Assembly: GCA_000934665.2 (NCBI GenBank)
Contig: KZ537967.1
Coordinates: forward strand, 124,001 to 188,000
Direction: 5' to 3'
Source of the DNA: Catajapyx aquilonaris
Lineage: Eukaryota
Length of the DNA stretch: 64,000 nucleotides
The notes below the pieces were generated by a model that worked only from the letters and a program-made list of their open reading frames with translations, ran no database searches and was not told where the DNA came from. Below, piece by piece: positions 12,402-27,053 of this stretch (positions are counted from its first letter, which is position 1; every line of letters starts with the position of its first letter). A program made the translations under genes and the position numbers.

Positions 12402-15400
12402 TTTAGGAGAAAAATGAAAATATCAACATTGCATAAAATATGACTAAGTAAGTAATAAGCTGAATTATTTATACCTGACTTTATACAATCATTTTATGTT
12501 CGATTCTGAATATCTACAGACACGGAAAAAAAAGTGAGGGGGGGTATATATTTACCTCCAAAGAAGTAGCTCGGGAGCTACTTGAGCTCTCCTTTTTTTT
12601 ATCGGGTGCTCAAATCAGCCAGAGCCATGAATAAAATGTCAGGAAAAGTCTCGGTTGAAAGGAGATAAGAAGGAACAAAGACCTTTTCCACTGCCCTCCA
12701 CTTTTCGTCTTATTCCGGCGCCGCGCTTTGTGACGCCCTGCTTCCCTTGATCGATGCCTGCGAACTCTGCAATGGCATTCCCCGCAACTTGCAAGTAAAT
12801 TTTTTTTTGCGAAAATAGTCAAAAAAAAGTAGGACAGCCCTGAAACTGCACTTCATTAGCTCTGTATCTTCCTGTGCCTGTATACCCCCATGCGAGATAA
12901 CTTTTGCATCTTTTTTTTGGGGGGTGGGGTGTATATTCTGAGGGCGAAGGCAAGGCAACCAAATATGCCTTCCAGGGGAGGCACCACAAGTTTACAACTT
13001 TGGGTACGCAATCTGCACTGGAAATGATAGGTCTACAGTTACTAAAGTTCAAGTGTAAACAGTGACTTTTTTTTTTTTTTATTTGCTATAATGAACATTC
13101 AAGGTTGGTTCAAGTTGCAATCTACAGAATTTTCATCCCCCAAAAATATTGCAGATTGTACTATAAATTATTGGGAGAAAATTAATCTAAGGCAACAGCG
13201 TGTTGACTAGCTGTGTATTATTGGAATACCAGGAAGTAGGCTGGATTTGGCCGGGAATGCTCTCACTTACGTCAGACCTACAAAATCAATGTTCCGGGGA
13301 AGGGCGGCTTTGTTACGCCCAAAAAAAAATTGCATCGAAAGTATACATGCAGGCCAACAAAGAGGACTATAGATACGATCCTGTATTACATTACAAATTT
13401 TGTTTTAAAAAAAATATGCATTCATGCGATATCGCTATGAGCCAAAATCAAAATCCTTCAAACAACCTTATTACATGATTCGAGTTTTCCGGCTGACATT
13501 CACTTTATAATAAACCTCGACTCGTTTGCGAGTTTCAAAGTCGTTGCTACAAACGCGACTCTTGGGACACCAAGAGATATCACTACCAAAAACTTTTTTT
13601 TCTCTCCATCGTGGTAAAAAGACGCGAACTTTTTTTTTTAAGGTTTAAAAGAAGAACGTTCTCAGTTTGCACATTTTTGTGGGCTGCCAACTTGAACTCC
13701 GGGAGCCTTTCATTTCGGTGACGATCCGGTTTCCAAGAGACATTTTCTCCTCCTCCCAGCATCCCCCATACGAGGGGAGGGGACCAAATCTCAACAACTA
13801 CAAAGTGAAAAGCAGCGGAGTTTCAAGTTGGTGGAATAGACCTTGCGGAGTCGTAAACCTTTCCCTCAAAACCCAACCCTCAAAACCACAGCTCCAATGT
13901 TCACAGGTAGAGGCAAAACCAGGGATGACCTCAGCAAACCCCTGGTATAGCAGAAGCAACTTGCGGCAAAGCCCTGGGTATAACAAAATTAGATCAACGC
14001 AAACGTGTCCACCGTAACCGAATAAGGATTCTGGTGTGCCGCAAAATTGCCTCGAAATTATTATTTTTTTCTGCAGCACCAAAGCCATACAGTATATAAC
14101 TGGCGTGACGAATGACCTTAATTTCAAAATTGCGGATCGCACTGTGTACATGAAACGAGCATGAAATGTACCGTGGACTCGTAAAAATAAAAATAAAACC
14201 ACTGGTGTGAAGTGCACGTGAACTCACATTTCAGACATTGAAACATATCTTTAGAATTAGTTTTGTTTTTCATAATAATTAGTGCATGTAACTACTGTAT
14301 ATTAACATTCAGAGGGCTGCATTAATATTGCAATATTATATATCTTGAAGTGGACTACTTCAATTCAACAACTAGGTTTGTTCTTTCATATTGCTCAAAG
14401 ATTCCGCAATTTCACGTGCAGTTTTTTTTTAACGTTTGTCTTTATGAAAGTGGCAAAGAAGCCTTCCTCCGGAGCAGCAAGATTGAGGAAAGGGCAATGA
14501 TTGATCCGCTGGCCGTGCGAACTGAGAAATCTCGTCTCCACAAGAGCAGGCGGTGACAGCACAAGCCCATTAGGACCCCCGGCTTGCTGACAAGCAGTTT
14601 GGGTCTGCCTCTGCAATACTCTAATGAAGTCTACAGTGCGCCTCTAGTTTCCCCCAGCAGCCATGAAGAGAGAGTAGGTTGGGTAGGTGGGGGAGAGACC
14701 AAAATGTGCAACTCCCACAGACTTTGGTGCCAGGCTCCAATGAACATTTTCGAGGGAATCCGGATTGTGCGATATGTATGAATAGAGAGAGGAAGGGGGT
14801 TTCAGTCAGAGACTTTTAGAAAGTCGGGGGGTGGTTATTGGGTTAAAAGAGACGCTCTTGGGTCTGCTGGCAATATTGCGGCACAGACGAGGAGAACAGG
14901 GTCGAGTAAATTGGCGAGGAATTACGCGGAATGTGACACAGCCAGAATGTGACATAGAGTATAACGAAAAATCATATCAGAAGAGAGGTTGACATATTTT
15001 GCCAACATATTGCCCTAAGTAAAGGACATTCGTGGGCCAACACAGCTATGTTATATATAAATTTTTGCATTTGTTATTAATGTATATTAATAATAGCCAT
15101 TTAAAAAAATTATAACGAAAGTTTCGAAATAATTCTTAGTGGATTTCTGCTCTGCTTGCACATTATCACTGTATGATATAAATCAGCATACAGTTCTTAT
15201 AATCTAGATTCTAGAATAAGTACTGTATAATACTGTACGGCTACAAGTATAAGCTAGAACAGGCCACATTTACACAGCATAGAGAAGTTCGGGTTCGCTG
15301 AACTCATAACCGACAAACTTTTTATCTAAAAAAAATCTCGGCTTATTTTTCCAGTCAGAAAGGATGACAATTGAATGTACTTTTCGCTGGCGCATTACAG

Positions 15401-18400
15401 TTACTCGCTATTTACTCTAGTTGTGGCTTCACTGATCACTGTACTTCTACTCTGTTGTTGCGAGTAATTGTACAGAAAACCTACTGCAAGTTACATGCAC
15501 TGTGCTTTGAGGAAAACGTTTCCAGTCAGTTATATAAATACTCATTTCATCCTCAGAGTTAACTCACCTCTATACCGCCGCTCACTGTACACATTTCATT
15601 ATTACATATATGCGCAAACATTAAGTTTGTTATTTTCAGGCCAAGTTATATATGAATCTTCGTCACATTAACTTCAAACAACACATTAACATTCAACACA
15701 CAGCTACACAGGAAAACATACCGCCCATTTGATCCACGTCCGTACCGTACACAAAAAAAGTGACGCCAAATAAAACAAATGGCTCATTACGACACAATGA
15801 CTGGCGTCACATGATGATCCTGATATTTGAAGCACGTTCTGTCATGCCTTGCTTGGCGTGACAGATGCTCGCAATGGCTGTCAGGATCACGGGCTATGCA
15901 GCCATAACACGCAATACACATTATTAGATTACTCCTTTTTTTGTTACCCTTCTCCTTTTTCTACGCTATAAACAAACACCTCTCGTCGTCTGCTCAACTG
16001 AAGACATCCTACAAAAAAAAGGTCTATCCAGATTAACACTCGGACTGGCGTGCATTCTAGCACTTTTGACCAATCCCTGCACCATGGACGCAATCAGATT
16101 TTTTTCGGGGGAGAACTTACAAGCCTTCATGACCAACATCGACTTCACCTGGGAAACAAACGGCTGGTTCAAATTGGGGGCCCCACTCCAACAACAGGCC
16201 CTCAGATTGCAACAGAGGCCGCCTCTCCTTAGAGATAAGCAATGCTAATGAGCCCAGGAATTTGCATGAAAAATGGTTATTCGCACAGAACAACATATGC
16301 AAATCAGTTGTGCTCTTATCTGTACATTTTACGTGGGATGGAATTGGTAATAATTTAATGTAAAATTTAATGTAAAATGTAACCCTATATACTGTTTGAG
16401 TTTTATCATCAGATATGTGCTAAAACGAAAAGACATGATGACATCTCCGAATATCCATTTCAGATTGTCTAGGATTCTAGCGCGCCCTGAGCCAAACGCC
16501 ACGCTTTTTTTTAAAAAAAAGGGGGGGGGGGGGCTTATCCACTCTCCGTGTTACGAAACTCAATGACAAAGCTTCAATAAAAATGGATCCTCCCGCATTC
16601 AAGATGAAAACGCTGTCTCGTCGACTCTTTTACTACCACCAGAAAAATCGACTTCTCTTGCCTTTTGGGAGAAGAAGTCCGCCAAACCTCTTAAGGGAGC
16701 AAAAATGGCCGAAGCTTCTTCTAATGGAAAAAAAAGAGATCGCGATTCCTATCGAACTGTACGGAGAAGGAGGGAGGGGGATGGTGGGGGGAGAAAAATC
16801 CTCCCCAATTCACGTATATCTCCCGAGGTCTTTTGGCCGTCTACTCTTGACACTCGATACTATCGGGTGGATGTGCGCCGAAAAAGAAACGAAAATAAGT
16901 CGCCAGGCGCATCCCTTTCCCCTCCAACAAAGTAGACCAAGAGTCCAGGGGATTCCCCGTTTGAATCGATCCTTGTATGTCAGAACTTGTGGTTAGAGCC
17001 TGAGGGACATTGACACAAAAAACAAGGTAAGGAACATCACAAAAAATGATTTGGCACAAGGGGGCTGAAGGGGGTCCGGAAAAGACGACAATGCGGTCTT
17101 TTATTGCCAATTTAGACCAAGCTCCAGGCTTTCAGCTACCTTTTCGCGACCTGATCTGTTTACTCGATCGTTCCAGACGGATAATCGCGGATAATCGTCC
17201 CCAATTTCCAGACCTCCTCAAAACTTATCAGGCGTCGACAGACTATTAGGTATACCCCACCATTTTAGATTGTTTATTTAAAATTAATTCTCAACCTCCC
17301 CCACCCCAAGAAAGTTTCTCATTGTGCTTTTCCACATCTGCAATCCAAAGCGTGGAAGATAATTTTAGCAAACTAACTGCAAAATAACTCCCAGCCAGCA
17401 AAGGAGAAATGAGAACTTCTCAAGTTTGTCTTCTCGCTTGACATTACCTTCGCCTCACCAAACTTTATCTGTCTTCTGTGAAGCATGGCTGCAAAATCGG
17501 AAAGTCAACATATGAAATGACAGAGAAACCTAGCAAATTTGTACTCATTGCTCCGGAAAAAATGGTACAAAAAAAATCCTATTCGGTGCGAACCACCCAT
17601 AAAACATTTTTTTTTGCACAAAGGTTGAGTCCACAACTCGCAATTCATCGATGGTCAACATGTAGGGACTGCTGGTGAAAAAAAAACGAGGTTCTGCTGC
17701 GTGTAATTACATTCTGGGTTGTACTGCACCGCTCGCTAAACCGTTTCAGGACTGTCAAATTCTGTACTTCAACTCTTCATGCGGTTACCCCAACATTGGG
17801 CGGGTAAAAAAGGGGGCTGACCAGGTGAAATTAATCTAAAAGTTGCATCGCTATTCACTCACGGTCTGTAACGGTACCGTGGAGAGACGGTTTGGAATTT
17901 TTTAAACTGACAGTTTTTTTACGGTGTTGGATAGAAAAATGGGAGGTACTGGGTTAAACTGTGGACCACAGGGCATTACAATGTAGCTGAGTGTTTTTTT
18001 AGGGGGGGAGGAGAAATGCTAAACTGTCAGTTTAAGCCTTGTTCATCGTGGTATGGAGTACGGTTTAGGACAGCGAAACATTTTTTTCGCAAATTCAGTT
18101 CATATCGAGTGTCCCTTGAGGATCAGTGTATTGTTGTTGTAATGTGGCAATAACAATAATTTACATCTTCACGTATGGTAGAAAATTAATGATTTCTTTT
18201 GCAAAAAAAACCCAGCAAAATTCCATTCAATGAAACTCCCAAAATTGGCTGACAAAACAGACAATGCTTCTAGTCATAAAGAGGAAACTGAACTCTTTTT
18301 CCTCCCCCATTCAAGCTGTCCTGGGTATACGTTAAAAAAGGGCGTATTGTCCCCAAATTAATGGAATGTCAGGTTGTTAGAAGGGGGTTGGCTTGGTCTA

Positions 18401-19363
18401 ACCCCACCCAAACTGAACACAGGTCGTCACCTTGTTAACCCCCATTAACCCAGCAGAAAAAGAATCGAAAGCCATCAAAGTGGCGCTCCCGGAATCATCA
18501 ACGTCAATGATCGATCCTAGAGAGAGAAAAACCAGTCTTTTTTTCATGATCGATCCTTGGAAAAACACTATTTTTAAGGTTCTATACACTCTCAAGAGTT
18601 TTAAAAAAAGTGAGGTTCTAACTAATCCTGGTGGGATCCCTCTAAAATCCTGCCAAAAATTAAATTCAATTACCGTAAATTACGTTGATTACTGGATGGC
18701 AATAGGAACTCTTCATATCGGATCGAATATTTTTTAATCAGGTTGCTAGGAGGGGTTTTTCTAAAATTTTGGCCAGGGATTATTAAAGCCAGTTGCCTTT
18801 TATCCGGAGCTCTCTTCATCCAGTTAACCCTCCGATTTATTATCCGGCGATTAGCTGTCTGTATCGGGCATTAATCGAGAGAGAGAGAGAGAGAGGAGGG
18901 TGGGGGTTGGTGAGGCCCTTTCAGATTTACATCTCTCCAAATTATTCCGCAGACATAATTATGCAAAGTGACGGTGTAATTGTGCAACGCACGCGATGGG
19001 TTATTGCAACTTCATTTGCCAAATCGAAGCGATTATCTCGCCTCGGTAATGATATCTAAATGATTAAAACGGCAATCGTAACGTGCTAATCAGGTTATTG
19101 AAAAAGACGGGAGTGGTTCCAGTCTGTGGGGAAATAAAAAAGTATAGGGTATGTGCCAACTGTTTAAAGGTAAAATTTAGTCGAAAAATTAAGCAAGCTA
19201 TTATCTATAATTTTTTAATTAAAATTTATTATTACCTCGTAAGGCCAATATTATCTATAATATTAAAATACAACGTTGTTTGGTTATGCCCTCGCGCCAT
19301 ATATTATTGTTACCGCGACGCTTCCTATTGGCCCGCGTTTGCGCATGCCCAATGGGGTGTAGA

Positions 19364-19378
19364 CAGCGCCTCTGGTGG
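19364..19378 (-). promoter_or_regulatory. CTCF-like motif
   Basis: The reverse complement ccaccagaggcgctg is close to the CTCF consensus CCASYAGRKGGCRS, one G short. Motif match only. Confidence 0.2.
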
Positions 19379-22300
19379 GTGGGAGGAGGAACCATCTATT
19401 CGTTCCATGTCGGCCCAGAAAAAAGCGAGAGATGCAATGGATTTTCTAGTTTTTCTTCAAAATTATAGTGTATTTGATAGAAATATTGTATTAAAATGTC
19501 ATAAATACCAAATGGCCAATATTAGTTGGAAATTAACACTAATTATTCTGAAAGATTTCCATCTAATATAATAGAACTGGGGATGAAATTAGGGCACATT
19601 ACCCTACACACAGGTCTGATATAATTTAGCGCAATTTTTCCAACCCTCATTACGCTCATGTTGGTCAAGCAATATAACCACCAGCAATATTCTCACCCAA
19701 AAATGTTTCCCCTGTACATGCACCTGCTGCAAGTGCCCGATTTTTTTTCCAGGGCATGGTATCCTACACCCTGTAAAGTAAACACGCAAATAATCCTATC
19801 TCCTGGCCCCAATCATGCGGTCAGTACTGTACAACACTGCTGGCTCAACCTCTCCCACAAAATTCCATAGAAACCCCCCCTGGAAGTGACCAATGCACCT
19901 GCCATCAATGTCTGACCACATGCTGCCTGATCGTATATCAAACCGGTACCATACGTCCCATGTATGATTAGGACCACGGCTTCCTTGGTATATAAAAAAA
20001 ACCCTCCAACGAAATAACCTCGAATCTCCGCACTTCAACCGGCCGTAAAGATGCCCAAATAAGAGACCCCCCCCGTCACACATACGTGAGACAAAAGATC
20101 CTCATTCTGTCGAGAAGCCCTCGTTTCATTTTTTTATATATATTATATAAAAAAAGGAAAGAAGCCTGGCATGGGGGGGTGGGCCAAATGCCTGCCACTT
20201 TTGGGAGGAAGGCGGAACCTTTTACGAAGCTCCGTAAAACATTCCGGGGGGATGCAGGTGTTGCATTTGCCTGTACTGGCCATACCGGAAGATAGGATCC
20301 GGGCAACCAATATGTCTGAAGGTGATTTGTTCCAAGAGCTCCCAAACAGCTCCAAGAGAGAACAATTTTTTTAGGGTTAGTTGTTGAGTATAACTATAGC
20401 ATATAGCTTGTGATAACAAAGACAAATATTGTGATTCCACTTCCCACTTATTGTACTCGATAAACGGGTTGGAAAGTAAATAAACTGGGAGGAGCTGAAG
20501 TTTAATTGTAGAGGCAAGAGACGGTTGGAAAGATGTAATTAGAGCAATCCGCACGGTTTCACTTCAAAATGAACAGTAATTGGCACCCGGGTAGTTCGTG
20601 CTATTGTTACTCGGTTAATGAACGGCTCTTGGGATAGTGAGTCAACAGTCATAATTGTACGAGTCGGATGCACGTTTCGAAAAAAATGATGCTTAAGGGG
20701 GTTGATTAATTTTGTCTGATTGCTAACTTGAAATGTCATTAATTATAGTTACAAACTGTATGCTATATTCAATGAAGGGAACAATGGCATATCCATAGCT
20801 AAGATATAACGTGACTGTGTAAAAATTGCCTAAATTTGTGCGATGAAAAGGTCGACTTTAAAATAGAGAAAATGTTTATTAATTTTGCACATATCGCACT
20901 GTAGAAATGTTTGCAAATATTCTTACGAATTGATATTCTGTTTGGCAAGGCTTGTATAATAATTATTATAAAATTACACGTAATAGTTACTCAATTTTAA
21001 CTCAAAACATGCAATGCAGATTCGTGTTTGCTAAATACAGCAAGCGTAATGAGAAATATTGCAAGAGTAAACGTAAATGAATAATAAATTGCTCACATAA
21101 TAGGAAATGTGAACTAAGTAAGTTTGACTGGAGGTATAGTTGAGAGAATGTCTAGGTTTGGATGTATTGTATACACAGTTTCTCTCTTAGGAACAATGGT
21201 TAGCTGTAGAGTTTACTTGCGCTTTAGTTGATCAAAAAGCTATCGCAGAGTTCGAAAAGCCGTTCTTCATTCGGGTACAAGTTATTTGCACTGGGTTTCC
21301 TTTATGCGGAACCTTGACTCTTTGTGAATGGTTGAAAAGCATGAAACTCTGGAAATGTTTGGAGCTAAAATGGAGTTGCACACACCCAACTTTATTGGGA
21401 GGAAAAGTTGGAACTGGACCAATGATCCTGACGAGTGTATACAAGGTTCGACTGCTTAGGGGGGGCGCTATTTTGAAGACAACCTTTTCGCACACCCCAG
21501 TACACCACACGAACATGTAATTGCGATTGTTTATTTTAATTCATAATATCTATTTCAATTAGTTATGCACACCTTTGCTATTTTATATTTGTTTTATTTT
21601 TTTAAATGGCAATGCATAGAAACCACAAGTGATTGTAGCCCAATTCCGTACCTGCCAGAATTATACTCCAAATTTCACTTGAAAGGCATACCCCTTGCTA
21701 ATAATTAACTCGACGTCTGTCATTTGATAAGCGCAGCCCTGCTTCCCTTTGCAAGTCTCCACTCCTTGTCACAATGAGGCCTCTAGACGGCCCCCCTACT
21801 CAAGTGGACACCCGAAACACTGACCACTAAAGCCCCCTTCTCTGTAAGGTCACATTACACAGAAAGGCACAGCTCCTAAGGTTTGCAAGGAGCTGAGAAA
21901 ACTTAAGAAACTTTGAAGGCTCCCCGCCCCCCTCCTTCCCAACCTACCCTGCAAAGCCTATTACGCGTACTTGACTACCCTGGTATTTAGTGGCTTGAAA
22001 GGAGAGTACATATTGATTCGGGCGGCTGCTGCGCCAAAACGTGGCGTCATGATGCACCACCAAGAAAGGGGGGGAACCCTATAAGCTTTTTGGCCCACCA
22101 CTCACTCACTCGCATCTCACTAGTCAGCCAACCATAAAAAGCAAGAATTGGAGGAAAAGCCCGGATTCCTCAACAAAAATAAAAGTGGACCGGGTCTAGA
22201 CCAGGTTTATGAAACATTCACACCTGCTCCAAATTCACCAGTTAATATTCAAAAGAGCAGACACATTAACCGAAATTTTTTGGGGGACTCCAGGAATATC

Positions 22301-23567
22301 CTCAGCACGTGCGTGTCCATAAAAGGACATCATCAGCATAATTCGGCCATTCTTCGGCGGAAAACTGCAATTTTATAAGACATGCGGCGACGGTTAATCT
22401 TTTCCGGCTGCGGTAGGAAATCGGGATATAAAGCAATTATTGCAGGCCACTCGCTATTCATTGCGACATATTTTTTTTTTGTCCAGAAGGAAAGGTCTTG
22501 AGAGAGGGGGGGGGGGGGGTTAAAATATAAATATATAGCAGGGCCTAGAGCTGCCCGTCAACGCGTCATAAAAGAGTAATGGTACTCGACGGCTATGAAA
22601 AACAACACCTCTTGGCTGCGACGCTTCCGTTTGCAAGCACTGGAAAAACCTGCTGTAAATTCCTCAGTGGCAAAAAATAGGACATATCCGGTAACAATCT
22701 GCAGAAAAATACGTGAATTACAAAATGTAAGTAGCATTTTTATGACATCACTTTTCATCCTTGCACGATGCAACCCAAGTGTAGCAAAATAATTCAGGCA
22801 TATCTGGGTTAATCATACTGATTCAAAGCGATGTGCGGTCCCATTGGTGCAAGAACACTATAGAAGCATACCGTGCAAGCTGCTGGCACGACGCCTTTAT
22901 CTTATCTCCTAAGCACAGTCCGGTAATGACATGTTAGAGAGTCAATACAGACACTGATTACTCCAAAGCGGACACTTGGTACGCGTTACTGGCTGCTCGA
23001 AAAGCCAGGCAGTCCTTGCCGTACACGCCTAATTCGAGTTAATTAAGCAAGCTGGTATTTCTGTCATCACACCTGCTTGGTAACTAACTGTACAGTGCAT
23101 TATATTACAGTGTCTGAAAGCCAATGAAGCATTCACTATACTCTTGGGAGGACTACGGGTATTGTGAAATAGAAACAACAATAGATTGGAGGGGAAAAAG
23201 TAGAGATGGAAAAAAAAAAATTACGACCACATCCCAATGTCTGGTGAACGTGAACCGCGGACCCGAAAATAGATTTTGCAATTTCCGCTCAGTTGGCCAG
23301 TCCACATCGCGAATGTACAGGGTATAGAAACAGGATATTGCCACACATGCCCAGGTTTTTTTGCAATGTCGGATACTCCTAGGAGAGCCAACCTAGATTT
23401 GTATACAGTGTGTCCTAATTACAGCAAATTTTAGCACCGATTTTAAGGACTAGATCAAACAGCCGCTGATACACTGAAAATGCATATTCACTATAAGATG
23501 CCAAGTAAATAAGGTCATCCAATGCCAACAAAGCTGATTTCCACCCAAGGTGTACACGGCGTGGGAG

Positions 23568-23646
23568 AAATTGCCACGGGGGCGAATACGCCGGGGGCGA
23601 AATTGTCACGGGGTCCAATATGCCGGGGGCTAAAAGTCCGAGACCC
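23568..23646. mobile_element. Terminal fragment of a DNA transposon with ~15-bp ggggcgaa subrepeats (family B)
   Basis: cacgggggcgaatacgccgggggcgaaattgtcacggggtccaatatgccgggggctaaaagtccgagaccc is nearly identical to 41517-41594. Confidence 0.7.
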
Positions 23647-26600
23647 ATAAATATTATGTAAGGAAAATAAAACTACTTTATGCATGAAATATTTTATGCA
23701 AAAAAATGCAAGATGTTCAGTTGATCCACAAACCTTTGGCTATGAAAAAAAAAAATTGTGTTTAAAACTGTAAGGTTGTGCTGAAGGGTTTGTCAGGCTT
23801 GTTAGACACATTCCGTGCCGCCTAATATTAGTACATTTCTGATTCCAACTCCTTTTCGACCCCTCACCAACCATAGTCTGCAGCACAGCTCCCCGGGTGT
23901 AACCTACACGAACTTCAGGAGAAATGGATTGCATCACGTCGATAGCGTGCAGGACACCGCTTTATAACCAACAATGAAGCGTCGGTTGTGAGAAGGCTTA
24001 CAACACGAAACCCTACACTAATTGCCGCCTATAGACACACGAGGGGAGCCCCTCCGGTTGTTTCCTCTTTTTTTATTTTTTAAAAAAATATCTCAAGAGG
24101 AGAGCAACTCGTTTCCTTAGTCTTATCACTTACTAACGAGTTGGAAAAGCTAGATTCCTCTATCTCATGTCTTTGCTAGGGGGAAATACAAGAGTCCGAA
24201 AACTTTGGGGGGAGCTTGCAACTCTAAACGTAAAACAAACCAACCGCGATTATAGTGCCATAAACGCAAGTTTCCCTGCTTCCGCCACATAAAACAATCG
24301 ACAACAGATAAATGTTATCGCAAGAACCTCCAGTAAAATCCGGTACAGTAGATAATAGTTTCGCCCCCTCTGAAAATCCAGTCGCACCCGGAAATGTGTT
24401 TTATTATTCATAAAAACTCACGAGTCCGTTTCATCAGTGCGACCTGTCATTGCCGAATTAGAACCAGAAAAAAATAGTGACATTTACACTCGACGGAAAG
24501 CGTTTTAAAACTGACACTAAGCTTTAATTAGAGCCGCTTCTATCAACTACTGTTTGAACTACCTTTTGAGTCTAGCTGACCATCGCTATTTACATTATGA
24601 TAAATAGCCTGTGCAAGTGACATCTCCAGTACATTGTAGACACTTACACATAAAAGGTCCAGTCTTTTGCTTTTTTTTAAAATAATAAAAAACGCATCAA
24701 GGAAGTGGTCTGACTGTGCATATTTTGGTGAGGCCGCAAATTTTCGCCTGCTCCCTGAGCTGCCTCAGCTCAATAGCCAGGCACAAATCTCTTTTCCGTA
24801 CTTCTGAACGTGACTTTCCGAGCCGCACTTAACCAGACCGTGAAATTACGTTCTAGAGCTTAAAAAAAGAAGTGGTTTTTTTCCCCTCTCTAACCACATT
24901 TCTAACCAAGTTCAGATTACAGATGAAGAACGTTCTATAACATGTATGTAGAGTAATTCGAGTTTCACGCAACTTAAACGACAGCGGCTTCCCTGCCGAG
25001 CACCTGTCTGATCAAGGTTAAAATATTCATTTTCCAATATTCGATCCCAGGTATCCAGCAGAGTTAATAATTAGCCTGGATTGCACCTTTGGGTTACAAC
25101 AAACCCTTCTTAAGCATCGCAATGTTGCTCCTATATTATTCCTTTCGAAACCAAACAATGTATAGTCAGTATATGGACAGAGAGAGAGCTGCTTTCGCTC
25201 CGCAGCTCTTCCATTTCCATTCAGGATATGAATTCCGGGTAGGGGGGTGCTGGGGGGAAAGAGAAGGGGCTTTTCATTCCTACCCCCTTACAAAACACCG
25301 CGGCAGTTCCAACATCCTTCGACAAAAGCGTTGTAGGAATAAATCGGACAGGGGGGCGCCGCAAAACCCAAAACCCCCTCCCCAGCAAGCTTGGAGCCTT
25401 TAAAGGTGGCAAACCCATTCTAATCATTCGGGGGACAGTCACCATGTAAACATCCCCAAGTGCTCCTCCTAAGTCCACCACCTTCAGCGAAATGTTGGAA
25501 GGATTTGGCACAACTGGCATCAGGCCAGGAGAATTACCCTGGACCATGCTTTGTGGTGTTATTTCAGGAGGTTTTAAAAATTGTGATTAAAACAATTATT
25601 GCACTCACGGATTGATGGCCACTTTTTTTTGCCCCACTCAATAGCGTGCAAGCAGAAGCTGACGTATAATTCAAACACTATATTTTGGGTCGTGTGCTCA
25701 TAAAAATAATTTCAGTCCATAACAGCATATTTTTGGGCAGAAGGTAGAGCCCCCCTCCTGTGGCCAATGCATCACATAAAATATTGCACGATGTGCTGAT
25801 AAATGCCACGTCAAAAAAAGTTCCGGTAAAATAAGCTGCACGCAAACTTAGGAAAAATGTTCAGGATGTTTTTTTGGGGGGGCCTATCGGGGGTTGGGTT
25901 TTGGAAGGGAAAATCGCTCAAGACAAACTATACAGTACACCAAGGTGTGTTTCACAAACATTATGTTGATGTTAAGTTAAATGGCATATTTTTTTCTGCA
26001 ATTTTGTATGATCGATAAGCCAATTGCTACTTACATAGTCAATTAGGCATCCTGTACAGTACCTTTCTGTTGCAAAAATCCAGACCAGCCATTGGATTCA
26101 TGAATGCATTTACTTCTCACATTTGTTTGACTCAAATGCTCTGGTCGAAACTGTCACTCCAAAGGGTTCCGAAAAGCAATGGGACAAAATCGGGGTCTGT
26201 ACATTGTACAGTGACAATTTAGGTCCCACTGTTGGATGCAGTCGATTCGGCATAAAATAGAGCTAGAGAGAGAGAGAGAAAAAAAAACTGCAAGCACCTG
26301 GAATGCACTCTACGGTTTCCGAGGACAGTACTGTACTACATGAATGAATGAACTTTCGGTTCTCTCTCTCTCTCTCTCTCTCCCCATCGAACCGAACACC
26401 CTGCATTGTGCAGAGGTCCCCATTGTACCCTCGGGGACTCAAGGATGGGCCCCGCTGGAAAATTGCAGGGTTCGCCAATTCTCATATTACATATGGATGT
26501 TATCTGTCAAAATGATGTGCGAATATTCACCCCTCCCCCCACACAGGTTTTTTTTTGGGGGGGAGGGGGTTAGCGGACGTGTGAATAATTCTGGCGCATG

Positions 26601-26689
26601 ACCGCGATTTTTGGCGCACTTAATTTGCAACAAGAACGGGTCGCATTATGGCGTGAAAACACAAACACTAGTATATCTATGCACTAAGC

Positions 26690-27053
26690 TACAGGGTGAT
26701 CCAACTATGAGTGAAATTATTACTGGTAAAATAAGCACATTTGGACAATAATATTCGCTTAATTTAAATGTGTAATGTGTACAGAGTGATCAAAAATTGC
26801 TGTTGCGATTTTTTTTTAATTTATATACATTAGCATGGAAGCCATTGGCCATTAGCTGTTACTTCCAACAGCTAAAAGTGAGTACTGAAAACAGCTTTAA
26901 AAATTCGCACTAAGCTGCTTATTTTTTAAAATTGCAAATTTGCATGGACGCCATTATCAGTTACTTCCAACAGCTAACCAGTAACCTGATGAGTACTGAA
27001 AATAGCTGAAAATAGCAGAATGGGAGTTCATTGTATTGTTGGACCACCTTGTA
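26690..27053. mobile_element. Tc1/mariner-type MITE
   Basis: TAcagggtgatccaac (26690-26705) and gttggaccaccttgTA (27038-27053) match at 14/16 as an inverted repeat with TA ends. Internal direct repeat gttacttccaacagctaa...tgagtactgaaaa.agct at about 26848-26897 and 26950-27007. Confidence 0.7.

Noticed and set aside
18622..18636. aatcctg|gtggga as the end of the missing upstream sol-1 exon (…NP|)
   Set aside because: The donor is weak and the preceding frame is not a hydrophobic signal peptide.
26986..27040. ctgatgagtactgaaa as a minimal hammerhead
   Set aside because: I could not form stem III with a UH cleavage site, and the sequence is part of an internal MITE repeat.
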